Shown here: positions 9,423-18,345 of the stretch, piece after piece
How positions within the stretch are numbered: the first letter of the stretch is position 1
Layout of the letters: each line of letters opens with the position of its first letter
Source: Chloroflexota bacterium
Lineage (GTDB): Bacteria > Chloroflexota > Dehalococcoidia > UBA2979
Direction of reading: 5' to 3'
NCBI GenBank assembly: GCA_027593235.1
Contig: JAQCIU010000013.1
Coordinates: forward strand, 1-64,000
Length of the DNA: 64,000 nucleotides
Notes under the pieces: generated by a model
Database searches by the model: none
What the model saw: only the letters and a program-made list of their open reading frames with translations
Told to the model about the DNA's origin: nothing
Program-made: the position numbers and the translations under genes

Positions 9423-10579
9423 ACCGGGTGAAACGCATCGCTGTCCTCGGATCCACCGGGTCCGTGGGTCGGCAGGCGCTCGACGTGATCCGAGGTGCGC
9501 CCGATCAGTTCCAGGTAGTCGCGCTTTCGGGCGGCAGCAACATCGCGCTGCTTGCCGAGCAGGTCCGCGAGTTCCGGCCCGCCGTCATCTCCGCCCTTCC
9601 GGGCTCCGAGGCCGACGCGCTCCGCGCCGCTTCCGAGGCCGAGTGGGCCGATCTCGAAGCGATCGTCACCCGTCCCGACGTCGATGTCGTGCTGGCGGCG
9701 ACCAACGGCCTCGCTGGTCTCGCGCCGACACTGGCGGCGCTGCGCGCCGGCAAGCCGGTGGCGATCGCCAACAAGGAAGCGCTGGTCGTCGGCGGTCCGG
9801 TGGTGCTGGCAGCCCTCGAGGCAGGGCGCGCCCTCGGAGCGGAGCTCCGCCCGGTGGACTCCGAGCACTCGGCGATCTGGCAATGCCTGTGGGGCGAGCG
9901 GCCGGAACGGGTGGAGCGGCTGACGCTCACCGCCTCGGGTGGGGCATTTCGCGATCTCAGTCTCGATCAGCTCGACGCCGTCACGCCGGAGCAGGCGGTC
10001 AACCACCCCAACTGGGACATGGGCCGCAAGATCACGGTCGATAGCGCGACGCTCTTCAACAAGGGCCTCGAGGCGATCGAGGCACGCTGGCTGTTCGACA
10101 TCCCGCTCGATCGGATCGACATCCTTCAGCACCGCGAGAGCGTGATCCACAGCATGGTCACCTTCGCCGACGGATCGGTGAAGGCGCAGCTCGGCGAACC
10201 GGATATGGCGCTGCCGATCCAGGTCGCCCTCGCGTACCCCGACCGTGCACCGGTCCAACCGGCGGCACCGCTGGACCTCGCCGCGCGCGGCGCGCTGCAC
10301 TTTGGCACCGTCGAGCACGATCGCTTCCCGGCGCTCGAGATCGCCCTCGAGGCCGGGCGCCGGGAGGACACGACCGCCGCCGCCGTGTCGGGGGCCGACG
10401 AGGCCGCGGTGGCACAATTCCTCGCCGGAAACTGCCGATTCACGGATATTCCCCGACTGTTAGCGCTAGCATTGAACTCCCACCACCCGACGATCGATCC
10501 AGACCTCGAAGCGCTGCTCGCGGCCGAAGCGTGGGGGCGCCGTCTGGTCGACGAGGCTGTTTCCGCGGGAGTGGCATGA
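9407..10579 (+). CDS. dxr: 1-deoxy-D-xylulose-5-phosphate reductoisomerase
   Basis: LGSTGSVG, ANKE, PVDSEHSA, HPNWDMGRKITVDSAT; alternative GTG start at 9428. Confidence 0.96.
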   Translation: MDAQLNRVKRIAVLGSTGSVGRQALDVIRGAPDQFQVVALSGGSNIALLAEQVREFRPAVISALPGSEADALRAASEAEWADLEAIVTRPDVDVVLAATNGLAGLAPTLAALRAGKPVAIANKEALVVGGPVVLAALEAGRALGAELRPVDSEHSAIWQCLWGERPERVERLTLTASGGAFRDLSLDQLDAVTPEQAVNHPNWDMGRKITVDSATLFNKGLEAIEARWLFDIPLDRIDILQHRESVIHSMVTFADGSVKAQLGEPDMALPIQVALAYPDRAPVQPAAPLDLAARGALHFGTVEHDRFPALEIALEAGRREDTTAAAVSGADEAAVAQFLAGNCRFTDIPRLLALALNSHHPTIDPDLEALLAAEAWGRRLVDEAVSAGVA

Positions 10580-11811
10580 ACGAACGCTGGCACGAACGCA
10601 AAGCCGAAGCCCGCGCGCAGGCGGGTCGACCACCCAGCGGCTACGACTGGGCGCGGCGGCTGATCACGATCGTGGCGCTGATCGCCGCGATCGTCCTCGG
10701 GTTCATTTTCCTCTACAACGCCGTCAGTTCGGCGTTCCTGTTCATCTTCATCCTGATCGCGCTCGTGATGGCGCACGAGGCGGGCCACTTCTTCACGGCG
10801 AAGCTTTTCGGCGTGTACGTCCACGAGTTCGGGCTCGGGTTCCCGCCGCGCGTTGGCGCGTTCAAGTACGGGGAGACCGAGTACTCGCTGAACTGGCTGC
10901 CGATCGGCGGCTTCGTGCGGCTCGAGGGCGAAGAGGAGTCTGACCACCCACGCTCGCTCTCCGTGCGTCCGCGTTGGCAGCGGCTCGTGGTCCTCGGTGC
11001 TGGCGCGGTCGTGAACCTGATCCTGCCCGTCTTCCTCTTCGCCGCGGCACTCAGCTTCCCGCACGAGGTGGCCGTCGGCCGCGCTGCGATCTCCGAGGTG
11101 CTCCCCGGTTCACCGGCGGAAACGGCGGGCCTGCAGCCCGGCGACGTCATCTACACCATCGGCGGACGTGACACGCTGAACGTCGCCGAGGCAAGTCGCT
11201 ACATCCGCCTCAACGTCGGCAAGACGGTGGACCTGGGGATCCGTCGCGACGGCGAACTGATGACGATCCAGGTCGAGGCGCGCCGCGCTCCACCGACCGG
11301 TCAGGGCCCGACCGGGATTAGCATCGCGCCCTCGGTGCTCGCGCCCGACGGGCGCGCCTTCACCGAGACGCAGGCGCAGCCACCGTGGGAGTCGATCCCG
11401 AACGGCTTCCGTCAGACCTGGGACACGCTGATCCTCGCGCAGAACGAGATCCGTTCGTGGTTCGACGGCTCCACCAGTCCGCAGTTCGCCGGCCCGATCG
11501 GCATCGGTCAAACCGTCGGCGAGGTGGCGCACAACCAGGAGACGGCGAGCGACGCGGTGTCGCCGCTGCTCGAGCTGGCGGCGCTGCTCTCGATCAACCT
11601 TGGCATCTTGAACCTGCTCCCGCTGCCGATGCTGGACGGCGGTCGCATCTTCTTCCTGCTGATCGAGATCCTTCGAGGGGGCAAGCGCATCGCTCCGGAG
11701 AAGGAAGCGATCGTGCACATGGCGGGCTTCGTCGTCTTCATCAGCTTCGCGCTGGTGATCACCTTCATCGACATCAGCCGCATCGCCAACGGCGAGTCGG
11801 TGTTCCGCTAG
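10576..11811 (+). CDS. rseP: RIP metalloprotease RseP (M50 family, PDZ domain)
   Basis: HEAGH, PIGGFV, PDZ (SPAETAGLQPGD), NLLPLPMLDGG; ATGA overlap with dxr. Confidence 0.93.
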   Translation: MNERWHERKAEARAQAGRPPSGYDWARRLITIVALIAAIVLGFIFLYNAVSSAFLFIFILIALVMAHEAGHFFTAKLFGVYVHEFGLGFPPRVGAFKYGETEYSLNWLPIGGFVRLEGEEESDHPRSLSVRPRWQRLVVLGAGAVVNLILPVFLFAAALSFPHEVAVGRAAISEVLPGSPAETAGLQPGDVIYTIGGRDTLNVAEASRYIRLNVGKTVDLGIRRDGELMTIQVEARRAPPTGQGPTGISIAPSVLAPDGRAFTETQAQPPWESIPNGFRQTWDTLILAQNEIRSWFDGSTSPQFAGPIGIGQTVGEVAHNQETASDAVSPLLELAALLSINLGILNLLPLPMLDGGRIFFLLIEILRGGKRIAPEKEAIVHMAGFVVFISFALVITFIDISRIANGESVFR

Positions 11812-11837
11812 GAGCCGCAACGGGCTCGAGGCTACCC

Positions 11838-12404
11838 ATGCCCGGTCCCAGGCGCCTCCTCGTGGTTCTTGGAGCCCTCGCGGTCACGGCGGCGCTGTCC
11901 GCCGCGATGGTCTGGCTGCGATGGCCGGTCGAGTGCGCGCAGACCGGCATCGGGTTCGAGGCGGGGCAACCAGATCCCAACCTGCATGCCTGTGCCACGC
12001 GAAGCGGGGCGAGCGTCTCGCTAGACAACGCCCGACTGTCCGCCGTGGCGTGGGCGCAGGGCGCGAGCATCGGCCTCCTTGTTGCGGCGGGACTCGCGGC
12101 GCTGAGGACTGGATGGGTCCGACCTCCGTCCCCGGGGACTGTCGGCCAGGGACTCGCCATCCTCGCGGTCGCGGCGCTGCTGGGGCTCATGGCGTCGAGG
12201 AGCCTCTGGCCTGAGACATGCACAACGGCGGCGGAGTTCTCGAGTGGCGGGCAGGCGTTGATCTGTTCGACACCGCTGGGAATCGAACTCGATCGCGGCA
12301 CAGCTCGCCTCACGGCGATGCTCTGGGGGGAAGCTACGGCGGTCACCGCGCTGGCGATCGGCGGGATGGCGGCGTCGCGGAGACAACGACGGTCGCTCCG
12401 GTAG
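11838..12404 (+). CDS. Hypothetical 4-TM membrane protein built from two repeats
   Basis: Two copies of TM-WPxxC...CxTxxG...ARLxAxxW-TM; GAGG upstream of the ATG. Confidence 0.65.
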   Translation: MPGPRRLLVVLGALAVTAALSAAMVWLRWPVECAQTGIGFEAGQPDPNLHACATRSGASVSLDNARLSAVAWAQGASIGLLVAAGLAALRTGWVRPPSPGTVGQGLAILAVAALLGLMASRSLWPETCTTAAEFSSGGQALICSTPLGIELDRGTARLTAMLWGEATAVTALAIGGMAASRRQRRSLR

Positions 12405-12503
12405 GCGCGGATTAACGCCGCTCCGAGAGTGATCGGGTAGCCTCGTAGTACGCGCCGAAGCGCGCCATATCAAGGCGCGCTCGCGTAGTCCGAGGCGGTT
12501 CCG

Positions 12504-13679
12504 GTGCCCCTGAAGAACGCTCGTCGCAACCCCACCCGCGCCGTCAAGGTCGGGTCGATCCAGATCGGCGGCGGCGCGCCGATTGCCGTGCAGTCGATGG
12601 CCGCGACCAAGACCCAGAACATCGACGCCACCGTGCGCCAGGTCGAGCTGGTCCAGGCGGCGGGCGCGGACCTCGTACGCATCGCCGTCGACTCCAAGGC
12701 CGACGTGCGCGCCCTTTCCGAGGTGCGCGACCGCACGCGCGCCACCGGTGCGAACCTGTCCGTCGACCTGCAGGAGAGCTACCGGCTGATCTCGGACGTC
12801 GCGCCGTTCGTCGACAAGGTCCGCTACAACCCGGGCCACCTCCACCACCACGAGCGCGAGAAGAGCATCGAGGAGAAGGTCGCGTTCATCGCCGAGGAGG
12901 CGGTGCGGCACGATGTGGCGCTGCGCGTCGGGGTGAACTGCGGCTCGGTCGACCCGGTGCTGAAGGAGAAGTTCGGCCACGACGATGTCGGCGCGATGGT
13001 AGAGAGCGCGCTGCAGCACACGCGGATCCTCGATGACCTCGGGTTCACCCGGTACGTCGTGTCGATGAAGGATTCCGACTGGCGCAAGGTCGTCGAGGGC
13101 AACCGCCGCTTCGCGATCGAGCGTCCGGACATCCCCCTTCACCTCGGGGTTACCGAGGCGGGGATGCCGCCCGACGGCATCATCAAGACGCGCGTCGCCT
13201 TCGAGCAGCTCATCGCCGAGGGCATCGGCGACACGATCCGCGTCTCGCTGACCCTGCCCTTCGACGACAAGGGCCAGGAGATCACGGTCGGCCGCGCGAT
13301 CCTCGATGACATCGCCAACGGGCGCTTCCGCTCCGTGCCGACCTCGCTCGACCACGGCCTCAACATCATCAGTTGCCCCTCCTGCTCGCGTGTCGAGAAC
13401 GAGAAGTTCATCGAACTGGCGCAGGACGTGAAGGCGATGTCGACCTACGCGGCCGACTACGACGTGACGATCGCGGTGATGGGTTGCCGCGTGAACGGCC
13501 CGGGCGAGACCGACGACGCCGACATCGGCATGTGGTGCGGCCCGTTGGGCGTGAACCTCAAGCGGGGCGAAGACCTCGTGGGCCACTTCCCGTACGAGAC
13601 CGTCCTCGGCGAGGTGCGCACGCTGCTGGACGAGGTGATTGCGGGGAAGGTCCCCGAGCCCGCGCCCGCCGGGGACTAG
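12504..13679 (+). CDS. ispG: 4-hydroxy-3-methylbut-2-en-1-yl diphosphate synthase
   Basis: [48 protein letters not shown]. Confidence 0.96.
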   Translation: MPLKNARRNPTRAVKVGSIQIGGGAPIAVQSMAATKTQNIDATVRQVELVQAAGADLVRIAVDSKADVRALSEVRDRTRATGANLSVDLQESYRLISDVAPFVDKVRYNPGHLHHHEREKSIEEKVAFIAEEAVRHDVALRVGVNCGSVDPVLKEKFGHDDVGAMVESALQHTRILDDLGFTRYVVSMKDSDWRKVVEGNRRFAIERPDIPLHLGVTEAGMPPDGIIKTRVAFEQLIAEGIGDTIRVSLTLPFDDKGQEITVGRAILDDIANGRFRSVPTSLDHGLNIISCPSCSRVENEKFIELAQDVKAMSTYAADYDVTIAVMGCRVNGPGETDDADIGMWCGPLGVNLKRGEDLVGHFPYETVLGEVRTLLDEVIAGKVPEPAPAGD

Positions 13680-13818
13680 TCTGCGGCGAACGGTCTGGCC
13701 TCGATCGCACGTTCGCCCCAGCTCGCGAGCCACGAGGGCAACTCGGGGTCGTCGGCCTGCAACCAGCCAAGAATCCCAAGGTCGCTGCCGGCGCGCACCT
13801 CCGCCGGCCTGTAAGTAT

Positions 13819-14301
13819 CTATCCCGCCTCCGGCACGCGCCGTTCCTCGAGCGCCGGTTGCTCGCCGCGGGCGAGGCCGTCCATCGCGCGGATGTCGGCG
13901 GCGAGGATCGCCTCGAAGGCTCGTACGTCGATGCCGCGGTACGGCGAGCCGCGGTCGCCGATCCGCTCGAGCGCGCGGCCGAGCAGTGCCTGCACGCCGT
14001 GTGGGTTGCCGCGCAGCCAGTGGGTGTAGCCGGCGCCAAGCTGAGCGAAGCCTTTGAAGACCTCCTCCTCCTCGGTGCCCTTTGACAGCGCCCAGCAGGT
14101 CTCCCACGCCTCGTGCGCGCCGAAGAAGTTGCGGGCGTTGAAGAACTCGATCGCGACGGCGTGGTTTTGCTCGACGTTGAGCGCGTCGAAGTTGGGGAGG
14201 TGCAGGCGGTTCTCGGAACCGGGCGGGAGGGGACGGCCGAGTTCGTCGCGCGGGCGGTCCGGCTTCGGCGGCGCTGGTACCTCGGAGTTCGTCTCACGCA
14301 T
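13819..14301 (-). CDS. DUF309-family protein
   Basis: FNARNFFGAHEAWETCW, KGFAQLGAGYTH, N-terminal RPRDELGRPLP; TACGCT 7 nt before the ATG. Confidence 0.85.
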   Translation of the reverse strand: MRETNSEVPAPPKPDRPRDELGRPLPPGSENRLHLPNFDALNVEQNHAVAIEFFNARNFFGAHEAWETCWALSKGTEEEEVFKGFAQLGAGYTHWLRGNPHGVQALLGRALERIGDRGSPYRGIDVRAFEAILAADIRAMDGLARGEQPALEERRVPEAG

Positions 14302-14362
14302 ATCTGGCAGCGTACCGCCATTCGGCGGGACACTGCCGGGCAGGATGACGACGAATCTACTC

Positions 14363-14387
14363 AACGTCGACTGATTAGGTAGACGTT
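14363..14387. promoter_or_regulatory. Putative Rrf2 operator (25-bp imperfect palindrome)
   Basis: AACGTCGACTGATTAGGTAGACGTT upstream of the Rrf2 gene; 16/25 identical to the palindrome upstream of nirK. Confidence 0.65.
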
Positions 14388-14442
14388 CTCACAGCGACCA
14401 CCTACTCTCGGACCGGAGCCGTGTGAACGCTTGGAGGTTTGC

Positions 14443-14874
14443 GTGCAGGTGGTGCTGGGCAAACGAGGCGACTACGCGATTCGCGCCGTGATCGATGTCG
14501 CGGCGCGCCACGGTGAGCGCCGCAAGGCGCGCGAGATCGCCGAGCGTATGTCGATCCCACCGAAGTACCTCTCACGCATCCTGGCTGACCTCGTTCGGGG
14601 GGGCGTCCTGCGGGCGACCGCCGGGCCCGACGGTGGATACCAATTGACCCGTCCCCCGCGCGACATCACGATGCTGCAGGTGATCGAGGCCGTCGAGGGC
14701 GAGACCGAGTCGCGCGACTGCCTGCTCCGAGGTGTGCCCTGTCAGAGCGGCGGTATCTGCGCCGTGCATCAGGCCTGGGTCAACGCCGAGAGCGCGATGC
14801 TGGAGCAGCTACGCCAGACCACGTTCGCCGACCTTGATGTCAAAGCGGAGCTCCCTCCGAGCCCGCGGCCCTGA
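14443..14874 (+). CDS. Rrf2-family transcriptional regulator (IscR/NsrR-like, Fe-S ligands present)
   Basis: DYAIRA, IPPKYLSRIL, GPDGGYQL, C-x6-C-x5-C-x2-H; GGAGG RBS. Confidence 0.92.
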   Translation: MQVVLGKRGDYAIRAVIDVAARHGERRKAREIAERMSIPPKYLSRILADLVRGGVLRATAGPDGGYQLTRPPRDITMLQVIEAVEGETESRDCLLRGVPCQSGGICAVHQAWVNAESAMLEQLRQTTFADLDVKAELPPSPRP

Positions 14875-14882
14875 GCCCGGCG

Positions 14883-15605
14883 ATGAAGCGAATCCGCCAG
14901 ATCGACGTCGAGGCGATCGCCGGCCTCACCGCCGCCGTGATCGCGCTGGTTCTTCATCTGCTGCACGTGGCCGACGAGGGTGTGCTGCTGGCGATCGTCC
15001 TCGTCATCCTCGCGTTGATCCTCGTACGCGACCTGCGGCGAGAGAGCCGCGAGGAGCGGCTCGAGGAGATGCTGTCGCAGACCGTCGTGGACCTCGCCGA
15101 CATCCACGCCGCCGTTACCCCGCCCGATACGGTACTGATCGGCCCCGCCCGACTGCGCGAGGTCAGTGCGCAGTTCGCTGAGCAGGCGACCGGCGAGATG
15201 AGCTGGTTCAACGTCTGCCTCTCGATGTTCGAACCGCAGGCGCTGTTCGACGTGCTACTCCGTCCGGCGGTCGAGAATCCGCGCGTGACCTCGATTCAGT
15301 TCGTCCTCGACGAAGGCGAACGGCAGCGCTGGGAGACGGCGGTCCTGCCGAAGCTCGCGCGGTGTAGTGGCGCCGAAAAGGTCCTTGAACCGCACTGGAG
15401 CAGTCTGCACGAGCCGGTCTCGGTCATCTTCGCGAACGCCGGAGCCGGCGGGGTCGAAGCGCTGCTGAGCTTCTGGGGAGAGCCCTTCATGGGGCAGGCG
15501 TCCGGCCAGAACGTGCCACGCTACATTTTCCACGTACAACGTCATTCAGAGCTGATCGGCCGACTGCGGGAACTGGAACGCAGCTACCGGCTCACTCCGG
15601 CTTAG
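14883..15605 (+). CDS. Hypothetical protein, 2 N-terminal TM helices plus a soluble alpha/beta domain
   Basis: Clean ORF 8 nt after the Rrf2 stop; WFNVCL..IQFVLD..LLSFWGEPF; function not recognised. Confidence 0.75.
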   Translation: MKRIRQIDVEAIAGLTAAVIALVLHLLHVADEGVLLAIVLVILALILVRDLRRESREERLEEMLSQTVVDLADIHAAVTPPDTVLIGPARLREVSAQFAEQATGEMSWFNVCLSMFEPQALFDVLLRPAVENPRVTSIQFVLDEGERQRWETAVLPKLARCSGAEKVLEPHWSSLHEPVSVIFANAGAGGVEALLSFWGEPFMGQASGQNVPRYIFHVQRHSELIGRLRELERSYRLTPA

Positions 15606-15669
15606 GATTCATTCGCCGGGCGTTCGATCGGATTCGGACGGGCATGGCGGACGGAAAGGAACTACCTGC

Positions 15670-16125
15670 ATGACCACCCAAATCGACACCGAGGCGCTCC
15701 ACGCGAACCTCGTGGCGCATGCTCCACATGCCGTGATCCTCGCGGGCCCCGACGGCGCCGTGACGGTTTGGAACGAGGCGGCCGAGCGGATCTTCGGCTT
15801 CACCGCCGAGGAGGCGATCGGCCAGAGTCTGGACATCATCGTCCCGGAGAAGTTCCGCGACGCGCACTGGACCGGCTATGACCGTGCGCTCGCCGCGGGC
15901 GAGACGAAGTACGCCGGGAAAGCGATGCCGACGAAGGCGATGCGCAAGGACGGCGAGGAGATCTACGTGGAGCTGAGCTTCGCGATGATCCACCAGGGCG
16001 ACGAGGTGATCGGCGCGCTCGCACTGGCACAGGACATCACCGAGCGCTTTGAGTCGGACCGCGCACAGCGGCGCCGCATGCGTGAACTCGAGGCCGAACT
16101 CGAGGAACTCCGCGGCAAGAGCTGA
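15670..16125 (+). CDS. Stand-alone PAS-domain protein with a C-terminal coiled coil
   Basis: WNEAAERIFGF..EEAIGQSLDIIVPE..H, RKDG..VELSF, QDITER; AAGGA RBS. Confidence 0.88.
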   Translation: MTTQIDTEALHANLVAHAPHAVILAGPDGAVTVWNEAAERIFGFTAEEAIGQSLDIIVPEKFRDAHWTGYDRALAAGETKYAGKAMPTKAMRKDGEEIYVELSFAMIHQGDEVIGALALAQDITERFESDRAQRRRMRELEAELEELRGKS

Positions 16126-16186
16126 TCCGCTCGCGCTCCGCGACCCCGGACATCGCGTCTAGCGTCCAGAGACCGGGTCGGCGCGC

Positions 16187-16978
16187 CTAGCGTCCCGCCA
16201 CCCACGTCAGCGCGACGGCGTCGGTCGGCGACCCCGCACCGGCTGCGAGGGTCTTGAGGTCGATCGCGACCAGGCCCTCATCAACAATCACCAGCAGCGT
16301 GCCGGCGCCCTCATCGATCGCGATCGATCGAGGGGTGGCCGGCAACTCGATCTGCCGGCCGGCGGGCGTCTCCCGCCGCAGATCGAACTCATGCAGTACG
16401 CCGGTGGCGGTGCTTTACCAGAGGGTGCCCGAAACGCCATCGACGGTCAGGCGCCGGAAGTCGAACGCCACCCCCTCGAGTTGGCTCGGGCCAATCGCGC
16501 CAGCCAGCTCGAGGGTGTCGAGGTCGTAGGCCAGCAGGCCGCCGCCGAGCGCCGAAACCAGCAGGCGTTCGCGGTCCTCGTCGATGGCGAAGGTGCGCGC
16601 GCGACCGTTGACCGAGCAGCCCCACAGGGCGACATCGGAGAACGGGCCGAGGTCCGGTCCGGCCGCGCCGGTGGCGAGTTCGATCGAGTGGATGCTCTGG
16701 TGGTCGTCGGAGTACCAGAGGCGCTCGTGGCTCGCGTCGTACGCGACCTGCCGGCCCCCGTTCGCGGGACGCGTGAGGAACAGGTCGGAGGCGAGCACCT
16801 CCCCGGTCGGAGCGGTGACGATCGATCCATCCGCCTGCGCCAGCCACAGCGCGGCGGGTGTCGACGCGGTGGAGGTCACCTCGGGCGTCCCGCCGGCGCA
16901 GCCGAGCGCAACGACGGCCAGCACGATTCCCGCGCCGGCCGTCTGGATGAGCCTCGTTGCCGCTCTGCGTGCGCCCAT
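16187..16978 (-). pseudogene. Beta-propeller-like lipoprotein with an internal TAA stop at 16415-16417
   Basis: Lipobox LGC and blade-like repeats (VAYDASHERLWYS, FAIDEDRERLLVS, LTVDGVSGTLW*S, IAIDEGAGTLLV). The frame stays open after the TAA until TAG 16187. Confidence 0.75.
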
Positions 16979-17056
16979 CGACGCGCCTCCCGCGGGTGGG
17001 ACGGCCTCGGCCGCCCCGCCCGCTATCGCATTGGCTATCGGTCTGTCATCGCTGCG

Positions 17057-18208
17057 CTATGCCTCGATCTGGGTGAAGATCTCGGGGGCCTCGGGACCTT
17101 CGACCACCAGGTGGCCGCCGGCGCCCTTCGGCAATCGGCTCAGCGCGTGGTCGACGAGGAGGAAGGTGCCAGGCACCTCCAGGTCGAACTCGACCATCGT
17201 TGCGCCGCCGGGAGCCACGGAGACCGTCTGCACACTTTCGGCCATTGAGCTGAACGAGCCCCAGGTCGCGGCGCGGTCGAAGATCTCGCCGATGACGTGG
17301 AAGCTGGAGGTCTTGTTGGGGCCGCCCACTCCGAAGAAGATGCGGACCCGTTCACCAACATTCGCCTTGAGTGCGCGGTCACCGGTGACCGAACCAACGG
17401 CGCCGTTGAAGACGACGTAGCTGGGGTTCTCCGCCGACATCCGCTCCAGGTCGAACGGCTGCATGCCCGGCTCCCCGGCCTTGCCGGAGGTGTAAATCTC
17501 GCCCTGGCAGACGTAGAACTCGCGGTCGACGGGGGGTAGGCCCTCGGGCGGTTCGATGACGATCAGCCCGTACATCCCGGCAGAGATGTGCAGATCGATC
17601 GGCGGTGTAGCGCAGTGGTAGATGTACACACCCGGGTGCATCGCCTTGAAGCGGAAGGCCTTGGTCTCGCCCTTCGCGACGCCAGTCAGGGTCGCGCCAC
17701 CACCGGGGCCGGTGACGGCGTGCAGGTCGATGTTGTGCGCGAGCGTGCTTTCCGTCGGGTTGGTGAGCGTCAGTTCAACGTCGTCGCCCTGGCGTGCCCG
17801 GATCATCGGGCCCGGGATCGTGCCGTTGAACGTCCAGAAGTGGTAGCCGACGCCGTCGGCGAGCTTCCCATCGAGCTCCTGGACCTCAAGCGACACCTGG
17901 ACCGTAGCCGGCTCGCTACGGTTGATCGGTCCGGGCATCTCCGCGACTGGGAGGTACTCGAGGTTCACTGCGTCCTGGACGATCGGAGCGCTGGTTGACC
18001 CACCACCCTGGGCCACGCTGGCGGCCTCGCTGGTCGCGGTGGGCGTCGCGTTCGCGCGGTCGACGACAGCCCGCTGAGCGGCGTCGCGCGCCTCGATGGT
18101 GTCGTCGGAGGTGCAGCCGACCGCCCCGACCAGCGGCAAGGCGACCCCAGCCATCGCGAGTCGCTGCATCAGCCGGCGCCGTCCGAGCATCTCTGTCAGC
18201 ACGGTCAT
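17057..18208 (-). CDS. nirK: Copper-containing nitrite reductase, Tat-exported lipoprotein
   Basis: HNIDLHAVTGPGGG, YHCA..HISAGMYG, SSFHVIGEIFD, LVDH; N-terminal GRRRLM...AVGC; AGAGGA RBS. Confidence 0.93.
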   Translation of the reverse strand: MTVLTEMLGRRRLMQRLAMAGVALPLVGAVGCTSDDTIEARDAAQRAVVDRANATPTATSEAASVAQGGGSTSAPIVQDAVNLEYLPVAEMPGPINRSEPATVQVSLEVQELDGKLADGVGYHFWTFNGTIPGPMIRARQGDDVELTLTNPTESTLAHNIDLHAVTGPGGGATLTGVAKGETKAFRFKAMHPGVYIYHCATPPIDLHISAGMYGLIVIEPPEGLPPVDREFYVCQGEIYTSGKAGEPGMQPFDLERMSAENPSYVVFNGAVGSVTGDRALKANVGERVRIFFGVGGPNKTSSFHVIGEIFDRAATWGSFSSMAESVQTVSVAPGGATMVEFDLEVPGTFLLVDHALSRLPKGAGGHLVVEGPEAPEIFTQIEA

Positions 18209-18234
18209 TAGTTCCTCTTTTCGTGATGCTTTGC

Positions 18235-18263
18235 TCATCGTTGAGTAAATGAGTCAACGATGA
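18235..18263. promoter_or_regulatory. Palindromic operator upstream of nirK
   Basis: TCATCGTTGA-N9-TCAACGATGA, perfect 10-bp arms 26 nt upstream of the nirK ATG. Confidence 0.75.
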
Positions 18264-18345
18264 CATCTCAGTATTCGTACGCTCCGTCACAAACGACAAG
18301 TGACTAAAGTCGCCCCGTTAATGTGACCTTTGGGCTCCACCCGCC

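Noticed and set aside
13676-13818. Protein-like minus-strand stretch (DPELPSWLASWGERAIEARPF) after DUF309
   Set aside because: No credible start or RBS; it could be a gene remnant but cannot be supported without a search.
12021-14333. 770-aa minus-strand ORF, and similar long ORFs such as 19297-21054, 22342-23547 and 40738-42222
   Set aside because: They lie antisense to well-supported genes and have no motifs; long shadow ORFs are expected at this GC content.
18299-18314. Crp/Fnr-like site AGTGA-N6-TCGCC upstream of nirK
   Set aside because: Only a partial match; plausible but too weak to list as a feature.
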